Shown here piece after piece: positions 1 through 9,493 of a stretch of 41,671 nucleotides of DNA (within the stretch, counting starts at the first letter, position 1; each line of letters begins with the position of its first letter). This stretch comes from an uncultured Lachnobacterium sp. (GTDB lineage Bacteria; Bacillota; Clostridia; Lachnospirales; Lachnospiraceae), in assembly GCA_964398745.1 (NCBI GenBank), contig CAYNOE010000001.1, positions 1-41,671 of the forward strand. The letters run 5' to 3'. The notes beneath the pieces are model-generated. The model worked only from the letters and a program-made list of their open reading frames with translations. It made no database searches and was not told the origin of the DNA. The position numbers and the translations under genes are program-made.

Positions 1-962
1 GTCCTTCCGGCTGCGGAAAAACCACAACCCTGCGTATGCTTGGCGGTTTTGAAACACCTGACAGCGGACAGATTTTTTTTGACGGGCAGGATATCACGCA
101 TCTGCCTGCCAACGAACGAAAACTCAATACAGTGTTTCAAAAATATTCCCTGTTTCCCCATATGACGATTGCAGAAAATATTGCGTTCGGCTTGAAAATC
201 AGGAAAAAAAGCAAACAATATATTGAAGATAAAATTAAATATGCATTAAAGTTAGTAAATCTTGATGGATATGAAAAGCGTTCTGTCGATTCACTCTCCG
301 GCGGGCAGCAGCAGCGAATTGCGATTGCGCGCGCCATCGTAAACGAACCGAAGGTACTGCTTTTAGATGAGCCTTTAGGTGCGCTTGACCTTAAGTTAAG
401 ACAGAACATGCAGTATGAGCTGATCCGTCTGAAGGAAGAGCTTGGAATTACATTTGTCTATGTGACGCATGACCAGGAAGAGGCGCTTACCATGTCGGAC
501 ACCATCGTGGTCATGAACCAGGGATACATCCAGCAGGTCGGAACGCCGGAAAATATCTATAATGAACCGGAAAATGCCTTTGTTGCCGATTTTATCGGAC
601 ACAGCAATATTATTGACGGAATTATGATAAGGGATGAACTGGTGGAAATCCTCGGTGTAAAAATGCCATGTGTGGATAAAGGATTCGGGGAAAACAAACC
701 TGTGGATGTGGTAATACGTCCGGAGGATGTCGAGCTTACAGAGCCTGCGGACGGCTATATGGAAGGGGACGTTAACTCATTAATCTTTAAAGGGGTTCAT
801 TACGAACTGGATATACAGGCAAACGGCTATAAATGGCTGGTACACACCACAAAATACGTTCCGGTCGGAACACACGTGGGACTTAAGGTCATTCCGTTTA
901 ACATCCAGATCATGCACAAACCGGAATCTTCCGATGAAAAGGCGGTGGAAATTGATGAATAA
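1..962 (+). CDS. potA: Spermidine/putrescine ABC transporter ATP-binding subunit (5' truncated by window edge)
   Basis: The frame is open upstream of the track's ATG at 36 and reads [12 protein letters not shown] (Walker A) from base 3. It has the signature LSGGQQQR, Walker B LLLDEP, H-loop VTHDQ and a C-terminal TOBE-like region, and precedes potB/C/D. Confidence 0.93.
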   Translation, partial: PSGCGKTTTLRMLGGFETPDSGQIFFDGQDITHLPANERKLNTVFQKYSLFPHMTIAENIAFGLKIRKKSKQYIEDKIKYALKLVNLDGYEKRSVDSLSGGQQQRIAIARAIVNEPKVLLLDEPLGALDLKLRQNMQYELIRLKEELGITFVYVTHDQEEALTMSDTIVVMNQGYIQQVGTPENIYNEPENAFVADFIGHSNIIDGIMIRDELVEILGVKMPCVDKGFGENKPVDVVIRPEDVELTEPADGYMEGDVNSLIFKGVHYELDIQANGYKWLVHTTKYVPVGTHVGLKVIPFNIQIMHKPESSDEKAVEIDE

Positions 963-1776
963 ATTAAAACAGCAGTTTCTTGCCGGACCTTATCTGGTCT
1001 GGATCATCGGTTTTATCCTGCTTCCGGTGTTAATGATACTTTATTATGCGTTTACAAACGCAGATGGAAACTTTACCCTGGAATATATTCTGGCTATCGG
1101 AAGCGAAACCAACCGCAGTGCCATCTGGCTTTCCTTAAAGCTTGGCATTATCTGCACCGTCATCTGCCTGGCACTCTCCTATCCGCTTGCAATGATCTTA
1201 AACCGGATGCAGTTTAAAAACCAGGGATTTGTCGTATTTATTTTTATGCTTCCGATGTGGATGAACTTTATGCTTCGTATTCTGGCATGGAAACTGCTGT
1301 TATCCAAAAATGGCGTGGTCAACTCAGTGCTTTCTGCAGTCGGGCTGTCGGAAACCGGCATAATAAACACCCCTGCAGCGGTTGTGCTTGGTATGGTTTA
1401 TGAATTTTTTCCGTTTATGCTCCTGCCTGTCTATAATTCCATGACACACATCCGCAGGGACTGGATTGAAGCTGCCGAAGATCTGGGTGCGGATAAAATA
1501 ACCATCTTTTTTAAGATTATCCTGCCGCTTACCGTATCCGGCATTATCAGCGGAATCGTAATGGTATTTGTGCCGTCGCTGACAGCGTTTGCGGTATCAC
1601 AGGTTCTGGGCGGCGGCCAGGTTCTTATGATCGGGAATGTGATTGAACAGGATTTTATGCAGGGAATGCAGTGGAATGCCGGCAGCGGTCTTTCCTTTGT
1701 ACTGATGATTTTTGTAATCGCAAGCATGGCGCTTGTAAATCTGTTTGATAAGGAGGATGGCATGGTACGATGGTAA
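955..1776 (+). CDS. potB: Spermidine/putrescine ABC transporter permease
   Basis: Hydrophobic helices and the EAA loop (IEAAEDLGA). The start is moved to ATG 955, which overlaps the potA stop (ATGAATAA) and follows a GGCGGTGG Shine-Dalgarno-like sequence. Confidence 0.9.
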   Translation: MNKLKQQFLAGPYLVWIIGFILLPVLMILYYAFTNADGNFTLEYILAIGSETNRSAIWLSLKLGIICTVICLALSYPLAMILNRMQFKNQGFVVFIFMLPMWMNFMLRILAWKLLLSKNGVVNSVLSAVGLSETGIINTPAAVVLGMVYEFFPFMLLPVYNSMTHIRRDWIEAAEDLGADKITIFFKIILPLTVSGIISGIVMVFVPSLTAFAVSQVLGGGQVLMIGNVIEQDFMQGMQWNAGSGLSFVLMIFVIASMALVNLFDKEDGMVRW

Positions 1777-2558
1777 AAAAATTTTTTTCGCGGCTTTACA
1801 TGTTTCTTATTTTTGCATTCCTATATCTGCCAATTGTTATATTAATTATATTATCTTTTAATAATTCAAGAACCAGGGTAAAATGGAAGGGTTTTACCTT
1901 TCGGTGGTACGTGGAATGTTTTCAAAACGAAGCAATCATGTCGGCATTTGCAACGACCCTGCAGATTACCTTTTTGTCTGCGGTCATTGCCACACTAATC
2001 GGAACGCTGGCAGCATTCGGCATTGCTGCCATGAAAAAAAAGGGGCAGACAATTTATCTTGGCGCAACAAATATCCCGATGCTGAATGCCGATATTGTAA
2101 CCGGTATTTCGATGATGCTTTTATTTGTAAAGTTTATGGATCTCGGTTTTGTAACGGTACTGACTGCACATATTACATTTAGTATCCCATATGTAATCCT
2201 CAATGTTCTGCCAAAGTTAAAATCCATGAACCGAAGCACATACGAGGCCGCGCTGGATCTGGGTGCATCCCCTGCCTATGCCTTTTACAAGGTAATGTGG
2301 CCCGAAATCCGTCCCGCAGTTTTCAGCGGGTTTATGATGGCAGTCACGATGTCGCTGGATGATTTCTCCATCACTTATTTTACCAAGGGCGCCGGGGTCA
2401 ATACCCTTTCCACCATGCTCTATACAGAACTGAGAAAAGGCATTAAACCGGAATTATATGCCCTTTCCACAATACTCTTTTTTGCAGTGCTTCTGTTTCT
2501 TCTGGCCGGAAACATCCATCCAGGAAAACGGCAGGCATCTGAAAAAGTTATAAGATAA
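1770..2558 (+). CDS. potC: Spermidine/putrescine ABC transporter permease
   Basis: N-terminal FLYLPIVILIILSFN...WKGFTFRWY, EAA loop YEAALDLGA and SLDDF motif typical of PotC. Overlaps the end of potB. Confidence 0.92.
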   Translation: MVKKFFSRLYMFLIFAFLYLPIVILIILSFNNSRTRVKWKGFTFRWYVECFQNEAIMSAFATTLQITFLSAVIATLIGTLAAFGIAAMKKKGQTIYLGATNIPMLNADIVTGISMMLLFVKFMDLGFVTVLTAHITFSIPYVILNVLPKLKSMNRSTYEAALDLGASPAYAFYKVMWPEIRPAVFSGFMMAVTMSLDDFSITYFTKGAGVNTLSTMLYTELRKGIKPELYALSTILFFAVLLFLLAGNIHPGKRQASEKVIR

Positions 2559-2586
2559 AATAATTTTCCCCAAAGGAGGAACCCCA

Positions 2587-3654
2587 ATGAAAAAAAGAAT
2601 TCTACCTGCATTGTTAACCGCTGTTATGGGAATTTCCCTGTGTGCATGCGGAAACGGTTTGAAAGAACAGACAGGCAGCACACTTACCATACTTAATTAT
2701 GGAAAATACATGGATGAAACTGTCATCCAGCAGTTTGAAGAGGAAACCGGAATCAAAATAAAATATGAGGAATATGAAAGTCCGGAGGAAATGTATACCA
2801 AATACAAAGCAGGTTCCATTGATTATGATCTCATCTGCTCGTCCGAGTATATGGTAGAACGCCTGATTAAAGAGGGGGAGGTCATGCAGACGGACTATGA
2901 TGCAATGGACAATTATAAAAATCTGGATCCGGGAATTATTGACATGACAGCCTCTTATGACAAAGAGCATAATTACTCCCTGCCATACTTTTACGGAACC
3001 CTAGGGCTTTTGTATAGGAAAGACATTGTGGATAAGTCAGTGGTGTCAGGCTGGGACTGTCTGTGGGATCCTACCTATGAGGACGAAATCATAATGGAAA
3101 ACTCTGTGCGTGACAGCTTTGCCCCGGCGCTTATTTCCCTTGGGTATTCTTTAAACGAAACAGACGAGGGACATTTAAATGAGGCGCTTGACATTCTGAA
3201 AAAACAGAAGCAGGATGGAATCGTCTATGCATACTATGTGGATGAAACCGCAGATTCCATGATCAGTGAGGAAGCCAGTATCGCGCTCTGCTATTCGGGC
3301 GAAGCAGCGCTTGCCATGCTGGAAAATGACAATCTGGGCTATTCGGTTCCCAAAGAAGGCTCCAACCTCTGGATTGATTCGTGGTTTATACCAAAATCCT
3401 GCAATAACCAGAAAGCAGCCCTGCAGTTTTTGAATTTTTTATGCAAAGAGGAAATTGCAGACAAAAACTTCGAATATGTCCAATACGCTTCACCGATTAC
3501 CGCCACCGTGGAAAAACAGCCGGATGACATTAAAAACAATGAAGCGGTTAATCCCGGAGCCGATACGTTAAAACGATGTGAAATCTACACTGCCCTTTCG
3601 GATGAGGAATCCGCCCTTTATACGAAACTCTGGCAGGAGCTTCTGTCCAACTAA
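2587..3654 (+). CDS. potD: Polyamine ABC transporter substrate-binding lipoprotein
   Basis: AAGGAGG RBS, lipoprotein signal with lipobox LCA-C, and PotD-like motifs (NYGKYMD, FEEETGIKI, YDLICSSEYM, PKEGSNLWIDSW). Confidence 0.9.
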   Translation: MKKRILPALLTAVMGISLCACGNGLKEQTGSTLTILNYGKYMDETVIQQFEEETGIKIKYEEYESPEEMYTKYKAGSIDYDLICSSEYMVERLIKEGEVMQTDYDAMDNYKNLDPGIIDMTASYDKEHNYSLPYFYGTLGLLYRKDIVDKSVVSGWDCLWDPTYEDEIIMENSVRDSFAPALISLGYSLNETDEGHLNEALDILKKQKQDGIVYAYYVDETADSMISEEASIALCYSGEAALAMLENDNLGYSVPKEGSNLWIDSWFIPKSCNNQKAALQFLNFLCKEEIADKNFEYVQYASPITATVEKQPDDIKNNEAVNPGADTLKRCEIYTALSDEESALYTKLWQELLSN

Positions 3655-3673
3655 AATAAGTACTAAAGTACCA

Positions 3674-3702
3674 TTGTTTTTCAGAAAAAGATGTGATACA
3701 TT
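3674..3702 (+). promoter_or_regulatory. Possible sigma-A promoter for the DUF5688-type gene
   Basis: TTGTTT-17 nt-TACATT with a TG extended -10; partial match to consensus only. Confidence 0.35.
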
Positions 3703-3704
3703 AT

Positions 3705-3738
3705 GACTACGGTATTGATTGCCGTAGTCTTCTTTTTT
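3705..3738 (+). terminator. Rho-independent terminator of the pot operon
   Basis: Stem GACTACGGTA / TGCCGTAGTC (10 bp with one G-U), 5-nt loop, followed by TTCTTTTTT, about 50 nt after the potD stop. Confidence 0.8.
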
Positions 3739-3796
3739 CAAAAAATCCCATTGATGAAAATTTTATTGGTATTCCATGCTTACAAGAAGGAGAAGC

Positions 3797-4666
3797 ATGA
3801 ATTATCAGGAATTTTTAACAACCATAAAAACACAGCTTACCAAACGTATCAGTGCTGATGTAAAACTGGAGATTCATCCGGTCATTAAAAACAATGGAAG
3901 GCGCTGCGACGGTCTTATTATTATGCATCCGGATTTAAATGTGTCACCGGCCATTTATCTGCAGCCGTATTATCACCGCTACTTAGAGGGTGTCTGTCTG
4001 GAAGATATCTATAGTGATATCCTCTCTTCCTACCAGAAAAATCTCCCCGAACAGGATTTTGACACCACTATCTTTACGGATTACAATAGGGCATCCTCCC
4101 GTATTGTGATGCGCCTTGTGAATTATAAAAGAAATGAAGAACTTCTGGAGGACGTTCCTTACTACCGTTTTCAGGATCTTGCCGTCATTTTTTACTGCAT
4201 GCTCCACGCAGACAAAAATAACCAGGCGAACATTCTGATACACAACCACCATCTTGACATGTGGAAAGTGTCTGTGGATGATCTTCGCACAGTCGCAAAG
4301 GAAAACTCACCGCTCCTGCTCCCGCCGGAATTTGTACCCATGCAGACGCTTTTAAAAGAACAGCACAGTATCTGTGATGTTCCCATGTATGTCATGTCAA
4401 ATCTCTACAGAACCAACGGTGCCTCCGTAATCCTGTATGAACAGATGCTCAAACAGACTGCTGACCTGCTCCAGAAAAACCTGGTCATACTCCCCAGCAG
4501 TATTCATGAAGTAATTCTGATTCCCGTCGATTCAGCGGATTCGGACACACTTGCGACATACTCGCAGATGGTACAGGAAGTCAACGAATCCCAGCTGGCG
4601 GATGACGAAATTCTCTCTGACCACGCTTATTATTATAACCGCGGGACACAGATGATAACCTCATAA
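3797..4666 (+). CDS. DUF5688-family protein (unknown function)
   Basis: AGGAG RBS before ATG 3797 (MNYQEFL). Motifs KNNG, SPAIYL, MYVMSN..GAS, LPSSIHEVILIP and EVN......EILSDHAYYY recalled for this clostridial family. Confidence 0.75.
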   Translation: MNYQEFLTTIKTQLTKRISADVKLEIHPVIKNNGRRCDGLIIMHPDLNVSPAIYLQPYYHRYLEGVCLEDIYSDILSSYQKNLPEQDFDTTIFTDYNRASSRIVMRLVNYKRNEELLEDVPYYRFQDLAVIFYCMLHADKNNQANILIHNHHLDMWKVSVDDLRTVAKENSPLLLPPEFVPMQTLLKEQHSICDVPMYVMSNLYRTNGASVILYEQMLKQTADLLQKNLVILPSSIHEVILIPVDSADSDTLATYSQMVQEVNESQLADDEILSDHAYYYNRGTQMITS

Positions 4667-4675
4667 AAATACTGC

Positions 4676-6124
4676 TTACATGTTGCAGAGCCTGTCATAC
4701 AGTTCTTCATATTTACGAGCGGAAGCATTCCATGAATGGTTCTGCGCCATGGCACGCTCAATCATTGCATACCACTCGGACTTACGGTTCGTAAATACGC
4801 TGTTGGCATACCGGATAATTGTCATCATCTCATGCGCATTATAATTGCAGAATGAGAATCCGGTACCTGTATGTTCATACTCGTTGTATGGCTGCACGGT
4901 ATCCTTAAGACCGCCTGTTTCACGCACAATCGGCAGCGTCCCGTAGCGCATGGAAATCATCTGGCTTAAGCCGCACGGCTCGAACAGTGACGGCATTAAA
5001 AAGGTATCGCAGGATGCATAAATCCTGTGAGCCTGTCCTTCGGAATAACCAATCAGTGCACGGATTTTGTCCGGATAACGGCTTTCAAAATAGCGGAGGG
5101 CATTCTCATACTGTTCTTCCCCTGTACCTAAGATTACGAACTGGATATCCATGGAAGACAAAAGCTCTTCCATGGCATAGTCCACCAGGTCAAAACCTTT
5201 CTGACTCGTAAGGCGCGATACCATGCCGATCAGTAACGCATCCTCATTTACCGGAAGGTTTAGCTTTTTCTGCAAAGAAGCTTTGTTCCTTTTTTTACCG
5301 ACCAGTGCATCTTTTTTCGTAAAGTTTGCATGGATATGCGGATCGGTCTGCGGATTGTACTCCTCATAGTCAATTCCATTTAAAATTCCGTACAGGCTGT
5401 CCTTCTTTGCAGACATCAGCCCGTTTAATCCTTCGCCGCCCTCCACTGTCATGATTTCCTTTGCATAACTCGGACTTACCGTTGTCACAATATCCGAATA
5501 AACGATACCGCCCTTTAGATAATTCGCTTCCCCGTATGACTCTAACTGGCCAGCGTTAAAAATGTGCTCCGGAAGTCCTGTAATATCCACAATCTCGCGG
5601 ATTTTCCAACGTCCCTGAAACTGCATATTGTGAATGGAATAAACAGTCCTTATTCCGGCATAAAAACTGTCATCTCCAAATGAGGTATTCAAAAATACCG
5701 GTAACAGCCCCGTCTGCCAGTCATGGCAGTGAATGATATCCGGTGCAAAGTCTATATACGGCAGACTCGCAAGGACGGCCTTGGAAAAGTATGCAAATTT
5801 CTCTACATCTTCGTATATATTGTTATAAGGAGAAGGTCCTGCAAAATAAAACTCATTATCTACAAAATAATAATGGATTCCTTTGTATTCCATCTCCAGA
5901 ATGCCAACATACTGTTTGCGCCAGTTCAAATTTACATAAAAGTGACAGACAAAATGAAGCTTTGGCAGAAAAAACGGATCCATGCAGGCGTATTTGGGAA
6001 TCATCACCCGCACGTCATACTTCTCTTTGTCGAAATACTTCGGGAGGGAACCCGCAACATCTGCGAGTCCTCCTGTTTTAATATATGGAACTGCCTCTGA
6101 TGAGACGAACAGAATCTTCTTCAT
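4676..6124 (-). CDS. glgA: Glycogen (starch) synthase, GT5
   Basis: KTGGLADV ADP-glucose-binding motif, HCHDWQ, SRLTSQKG and MPSLFEPCGLSQM. Confidence 0.96.
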   Translation of the reverse strand: MKKILFVSSEAVPYIKTGGLADVAGSLPKYFDKEKYDVRVMIPKYACMDPFFLPKLHFVCHFYVNLNWRKQYVGILEMEYKGIHYYFVDNEFYFAGPSPYNNIYEDVEKFAYFSKAVLASLPYIDFAPDIIHCHDWQTGLLPVFLNTSFGDDSFYAGIRTVYSIHNMQFQGRWKIREIVDITGLPEHIFNAGQLESYGEANYLKGGIVYSDIVTTVSPSYAKEIMTVEGGEGLNGLMSAKKDSLYGILNGIDYEEYNPQTDPHIHANFTKKDALVGKKRNKASLQKKLNLPVNEDALLIGMVSRLTSQKGFDLVDYAMEELLSSMDIQFVILGTGEEQYENALRYFESRYPDKIRALIGYSEGQAHRIYASCDTFLMPSLFEPCGLSQMISMRYGTLPIVRETGGLKDTVQPYNEYEHTGTGFSFCNYNAHEMMTIIRYANSVFTNRKSEWYAMIERAMAQNHSWNASARKYEELYDRLCNM

Positions 6125-6135
6125 AACATGCTCTC

Positions 6136-6939
6136 CTATTTGTTTTTCATCTGTAGACGAATCTTATCTGTAATTAGTGCAATAAATTCAGAGTTGGTTG
6201 GCTTTCCCTTGCCATTGCTTATGGTATAGCCAAACAAATCATCCAGTGTGTCCATCTTTCCCCTGCTCCATGCCACTTCTATTGCATGGCGGATTGCGCG
6301 TTCCACACGGCTTGGCGTGGTCTGGAACTTTTTGGCAATTCCCGGATAAAGAATTTTTGTAATCGAATTTAACATGTCCATATTATTCACGGACATAATG
6401 ATTGCCTCCCGTAAATACTGGTAACCCTTGATGTGCGCAGGAACACCAACTTCGTGGATAATATTTGTCACATCCTCCTCCAGCGTCTGAAGGACAGTAT
6501 CCTCCGGCTCACTACGGTCAATCTCAAAAACTTTACGTACTTCCTTTGAATTATTATTCTTCCGTTTCAGCACAGTTTTAATGCGGTCCAGAATAATACT
6601 GCTGTCGAATGGCTTCATGATATAATAATCCGCCCCGCGTTCGAATACATCCTCAGTAATGCGCTCATTACTGACTGCACTGACCATTAGAAACGTCGGC
6701 CGGTGCTTTAATGTCTGATCCATGCGAATCCTGTCCAGAACCCCGAGCCCGTCCAGCTTTGGCATTATAATATCCAATAATACGACATCCGGCTCTTTCT
6801 CCTTAATCAAAAGGCAGGCTTCCTCTCCGTCTTTTGCTGTTCCGACCAGTCTTAATTCATCATCCGCGGAAACAATATTTCCTAATACTTCCCTCGTAAC
6901 CTCATTATCATCTGCAATTGCGACATTTAGTTTTCCCAT
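6136..6939 (-). CDS. spo0A: Sporulation master regulator Spo0A
   Basis: REC domain ([14 protein letters not shown]) plus the Spo0A C-terminal signature [13 protein letters not shown]...[15 protein letters not shown]...[17 protein letters not shown] precedes ATG 6939. Confidence 0.97.
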   Translation of the reverse strand: MGKLNVAIADDNEVTREVLGNIVSADDELRLVGTAKDGEEACLLIKEKEPDVVLLDIIMPKLDGLGVLDRIRMDQTLKHRPTFLMVSAVSNERITEDVFERGADYYIMKPFDSSIILDRIKTVLKRKNNNSKEVRKVFEIDRSEPEDTVLQTLEEDVTNIIHEVGVPAHIKGYQYLREAIIMSVNNMDMLNSITKILYPGIAKKFQTTPSRVERAIRHAIEVAWSRGKMDTLDDLFGYTISNGKGKPTNSEFIALITDKIRLQMKNK

Positions 6940-6954
6940 TTCAGGCCTCCTAGA

Positions 6955-7019
6955 TGTCAAATTCAGTCATAATTAGTATAAACACGGAACACCTGTATAT
7001 TGTGTCAAAGATTGTCGAT
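6955..7019. promoter_or_regulatory. Candidate Spo0A (0A) boxes upstream of spo0A
   Basis: TGTCAAA (6955-6961), TGTCAAA (7003-7009) and TGTCGAT (7013-7019), each one mismatch from TGNCGAA and all in the same orientation; the last two are 3 bp apart. Confidence 0.5.
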
Positions 7020-7045
7020 AATTAATCACAAAACTATATATGGGA

Positions 7046-7077
7046 AGTGGGTATCTGCTTTCAGCGAAATACCCACT
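7046..7077 (-). terminator. Stem-loop after the MCP gene (possible weak terminator)
   Basis: Minus strand AGTGGGTAT-TTC-GCT-GAA-AGC-AG-ATACCCACT with a perfect 9-bp outer stem, but no immediate U-tract. Confidence 0.5.
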
Positions 7078-7125
7078 GTGTTCCTGTGTATTTTTTCGGA
7101 AAAATCTGTACGGTTTTATACGAAA

Positions 7126-8931
7126 TTAGTATTTGCCGAATTCTCCGTCAAGGGAAATAATCTGCTCATTATAATTGCTGTCGTCATTCATATCGGAATC
7201 CATATGTTCTCCGGAGGAAGAACCGCCCAGCGTGCCTGACATCTTAGCCAGAAGTTTGTAATTTCCAATCATGGTACGCAGGTTTGAAACCTGGTTGGAA
7301 AGTTCCTCGGATGCTGCAGCACACTGTTCGCTTGTAGCAGAGTTTGTCTGTACAACCTGGGAAACCTGGCTGATTGCCTGGTCAATCTGGGATACGGAAG
7401 TTGCCTGGTCATTGGAAGCAACTGCGATATTTCCAATCAGGCTTACTATCTTGTCAATTGCTTCTACAATTTCATTCAGTGACACGGCTGTTTCCTCTAC
7501 AAGCTTGCTTCCATTTCCGATTTTGCGGATAATGTCTTCAATCTTTTCCTGTGTTTCACTTGCTGCGGAAGCACTCTTTGCTGCAAGACTTCTGACTTCT
7601 TCTGCAACAACCGCGAAACCTTTACCATGCACACCTGCCCTTGCAGCCTCAACCGCAGCATTCAATGCAAGAATATTGGTCTGGAATGCAATATCATCAA
7701 TTACCTTAATAATCTTGGAAATTGTTTCAGATGATTCATTAATGTCATTCATGGCCCCAATCATGGCTTTCATCTGTCCGTTTCCTTCAATTGCTGTTTC
7801 TTTTACGTTGCGTACCAGCTCGTCAGCCTCACTTGCCTGTTCTGCATTTTCCTTGGTATGCTCTGCGATTTCAGCCATGGAAGCCGTAACCTCCTGCAAT
7901 GCGCTTGCCTGTTCTGTAGACCCCTGTGCCAGCGACTGGCTTGCACTTGCCACCTGTTCTGCACCAACGGTAACCTGGGAAGTGGAATCCTTTATTCCTC
8001 CAAGGATTCTGTTGTTATCTGTTAAAATACGCTGGAAAGACTTGCCCAGTACATCATGCTCACTTCTTACATCTGCAACAACAGTCAAATCGCCTTTTGC
8101 AATTTCATTGGCGACATCTACCTGTCCCTTAATTCCTTCAACCATTATCTTGAAGTTATCCATCAGTTCACCGAGATCATCATCATTGACTTTCTCACAG
8201 TCTACATCCACATCGCCAAGTGCCATTTTCTTTGCTGCAGCGGAAAGCTTATTAACCGGAACAATAATGTTTTTGATTAAGATTAGTGCATATACAATTG
8301 CAATTATGACAGCAAGCGCTGCAGCCCCGACTGAAATTCCCGTCAGGACATTCATAGAAAGCTCCGCCTTGTTGCTTTGTTTATCAGATTCGTCGGCAAG
8401 CATCTTAATCAGGGTATTTAACTGCTCTTCCGTTTCGCTTGAAAGCGCCTTGCCAGTCGTCATCAGGGTATTAACGGCTTCCTTCGCACGGCCGCTCTCC
8501 CCAAGGGAAATGTAGTCTTCATTTGCATTAATCCATTCGTCAGCTTTGCTTCTGACTGTCTGGTACTGACTCTGGATTTCCTGTGGAAATACATCCATAA
8601 TCGCTTCAAACTTGCCAAAATTGTCATAGCATTCTGTCTTGTATTTCTCAATGTCATCTTTCTGTGCCTTAAAATTAGTCGGATCCTTAGGATACGCAAG
8701 CAATGCATTTCTGATACGCACCTTTATGTTACAGAAATCTGAAAATCCCTGGCTCATATAGAGCTGTCCCATTCCGTAGTTGTCATACAGGTCTTTTCTT
8801 TCCCGATTGATGGTATTTGCGGAAAAAATCCCAACCGCTGCAATGACAAGCATGAACACCAGCATTACAATACTAAACATCGTAATCTTTGCCCGAACGG
8901 ACATGTTGTTAATTGAAAAACCTTTTTTCAT
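7126..8931 (-). CDS. Methyl-accepting chemotaxis protein (2 TM, four-helix-bundle-like sensor, HAMP region, signalling domain, C-terminal pentapeptide)
   Basis: Hairpin tip [33 protein letters not shown] and two TM segments flanking a helical extracellular domain. AAAGGAG RBS precedes ATG 8931. Ends in EFGKY after a flexible linker. Confidence 0.95.
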   Translation of the reverse strand: MKKGFSINNMSVRAKITMFSIVMLVFMLVIAAVGIFSANTINRERKDLYDNYGMGQLYMSQGFSDFCNIKVRIRNALLAYPKDPTNFKAQKDDIEKYKTECYDNFGKFEAIMDVFPQEIQSQYQTVRSKADEWINANEDYISLGESGRAKEAVNTLMTTGKALSSETEEQLNTLIKMLADESDKQSNKAELSMNVLTGISVGAAALAVIIAIVYALILIKNIIVPVNKLSAAAKKMALGDVDVDCEKVNDDDLGELMDNFKIMVEGIKGQVDVANEIAKGDLTVVADVRSEHDVLGKSFQRILTDNNRILGGIKDSTSQVTVGAEQVASASQSLAQGSTEQASALQEVTASMAEIAEHTKENAEQASEADELVRNVKETAIEGNGQMKAMIGAMNDINESSETISKIIKVIDDIAFQTNILALNAAVEAARAGVHGKGFAVVAEEVRSLAAKSASAASETQEKIEDIIRKIGNGSKLVEETAVSLNEIVEAIDKIVSLIGNIAVASNDQATSVSQIDQAISQVSQVVQTNSATSEQCAAASEELSNQVSNLRTMIGNYKLLAKMSGTLGGSSSGEHMDSDMNDDSNYNEQIISLDGEFGKY

Positions 8932-8968
8932 TGTAGACTCTCCTTTTTTCATTTTATCTTTCTCCTTT

Positions 8969-9493
8969 TTATTCTTGTTCTTCCTCTTGATTCTCCTCAA
9001 CCTTTTCGATATCTTCCTGCTTAATCAGTTTTTCCGGGTCAAGCAGCATCTTTACGGCTCCTTCCACTCTTGCAAGACCGTAAACATATTTATTCTGCTC
9101 CCGTTCATTCCTTTTAAGCGAAGGTAAGGAAACTATATCATCATCTGCAATATTGACAACCTCCGCAATCTGTTCCACAATCAGGCCAATCATCATGTTT
9201 TTTACATCAATGATAATGATGCAGGTTCTGTCTGTATATTCCACAGGGGACATCTTAAATCTCATCCGGACATCGACAACCGGAATAATTTTGCCCCGCA
9301 AATTAATCAGTCCCATGATATAATCTTCCACTTCCGGAACCGGGGTAATGGGCTGCATCATGATGATTTCATGGATATAGCTGATTCCAATCCCGAAGAA
9401 CTCTTTTCCCGTCTGGAAGGTCATGAACTGCCCTTTCTGGGCATCTTCTTTCACTTCATCATCCAGTTCTGCTTCCATAATTTCCTCAGCCAT
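8969..9493 (-). CDS. cheW: Chemotaxis coupling protein CheW
   Basis: [23 protein letters not shown] motif; lies between cheA and the MCP gene. Confidence 0.95.
   Translation of the reverse strand: MAEEIMEAELDDEVKEDAQKGQFMTFQTGKEFFGIGISYIHEIIMMQPITPVPEVEDYIMGLINLRGKIIPVVDVRMRFKMSPVEYTDRTCIIIIDVKNMMIGLIVEQIAEVVNIADDDIVSLPSLKRNEREQNKYVYGLARVEGAVKMLLDPEKLIKQEDIEKVEENQEEEQE

Noticed and set aside
1-3654. Functional link between potABCD polyamine uptake and the c-di-GMP/pilus module
   Set aside because: Opposite strand, own terminator and separated by unrelated genes; nothing in the sequence supports it beyond analogy with Vibrio NspS/MbaA.
5968-6609. Perfect TGTCGAA 0A boxes inside glgA and spo0A (another near 35991 in pilB)
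   Set aside because: They are intragenic 7-mers expected by chance several times in 42 kb and have no promoter context.
7046-7077. GAAA-containing hairpin as part of a c-di-GMP-I riboswitch upstream of spo0A
   Set aside because: The flanking conserved riboswitch nucleotides and the second stem are absent.
7271-8515. 414-aa + strand ORF
   Set aside because: Lies antisense to the MCP coiled-coil region, is Ser/Ala-rich and has no recognisable motifs; a typical shadow ORF.
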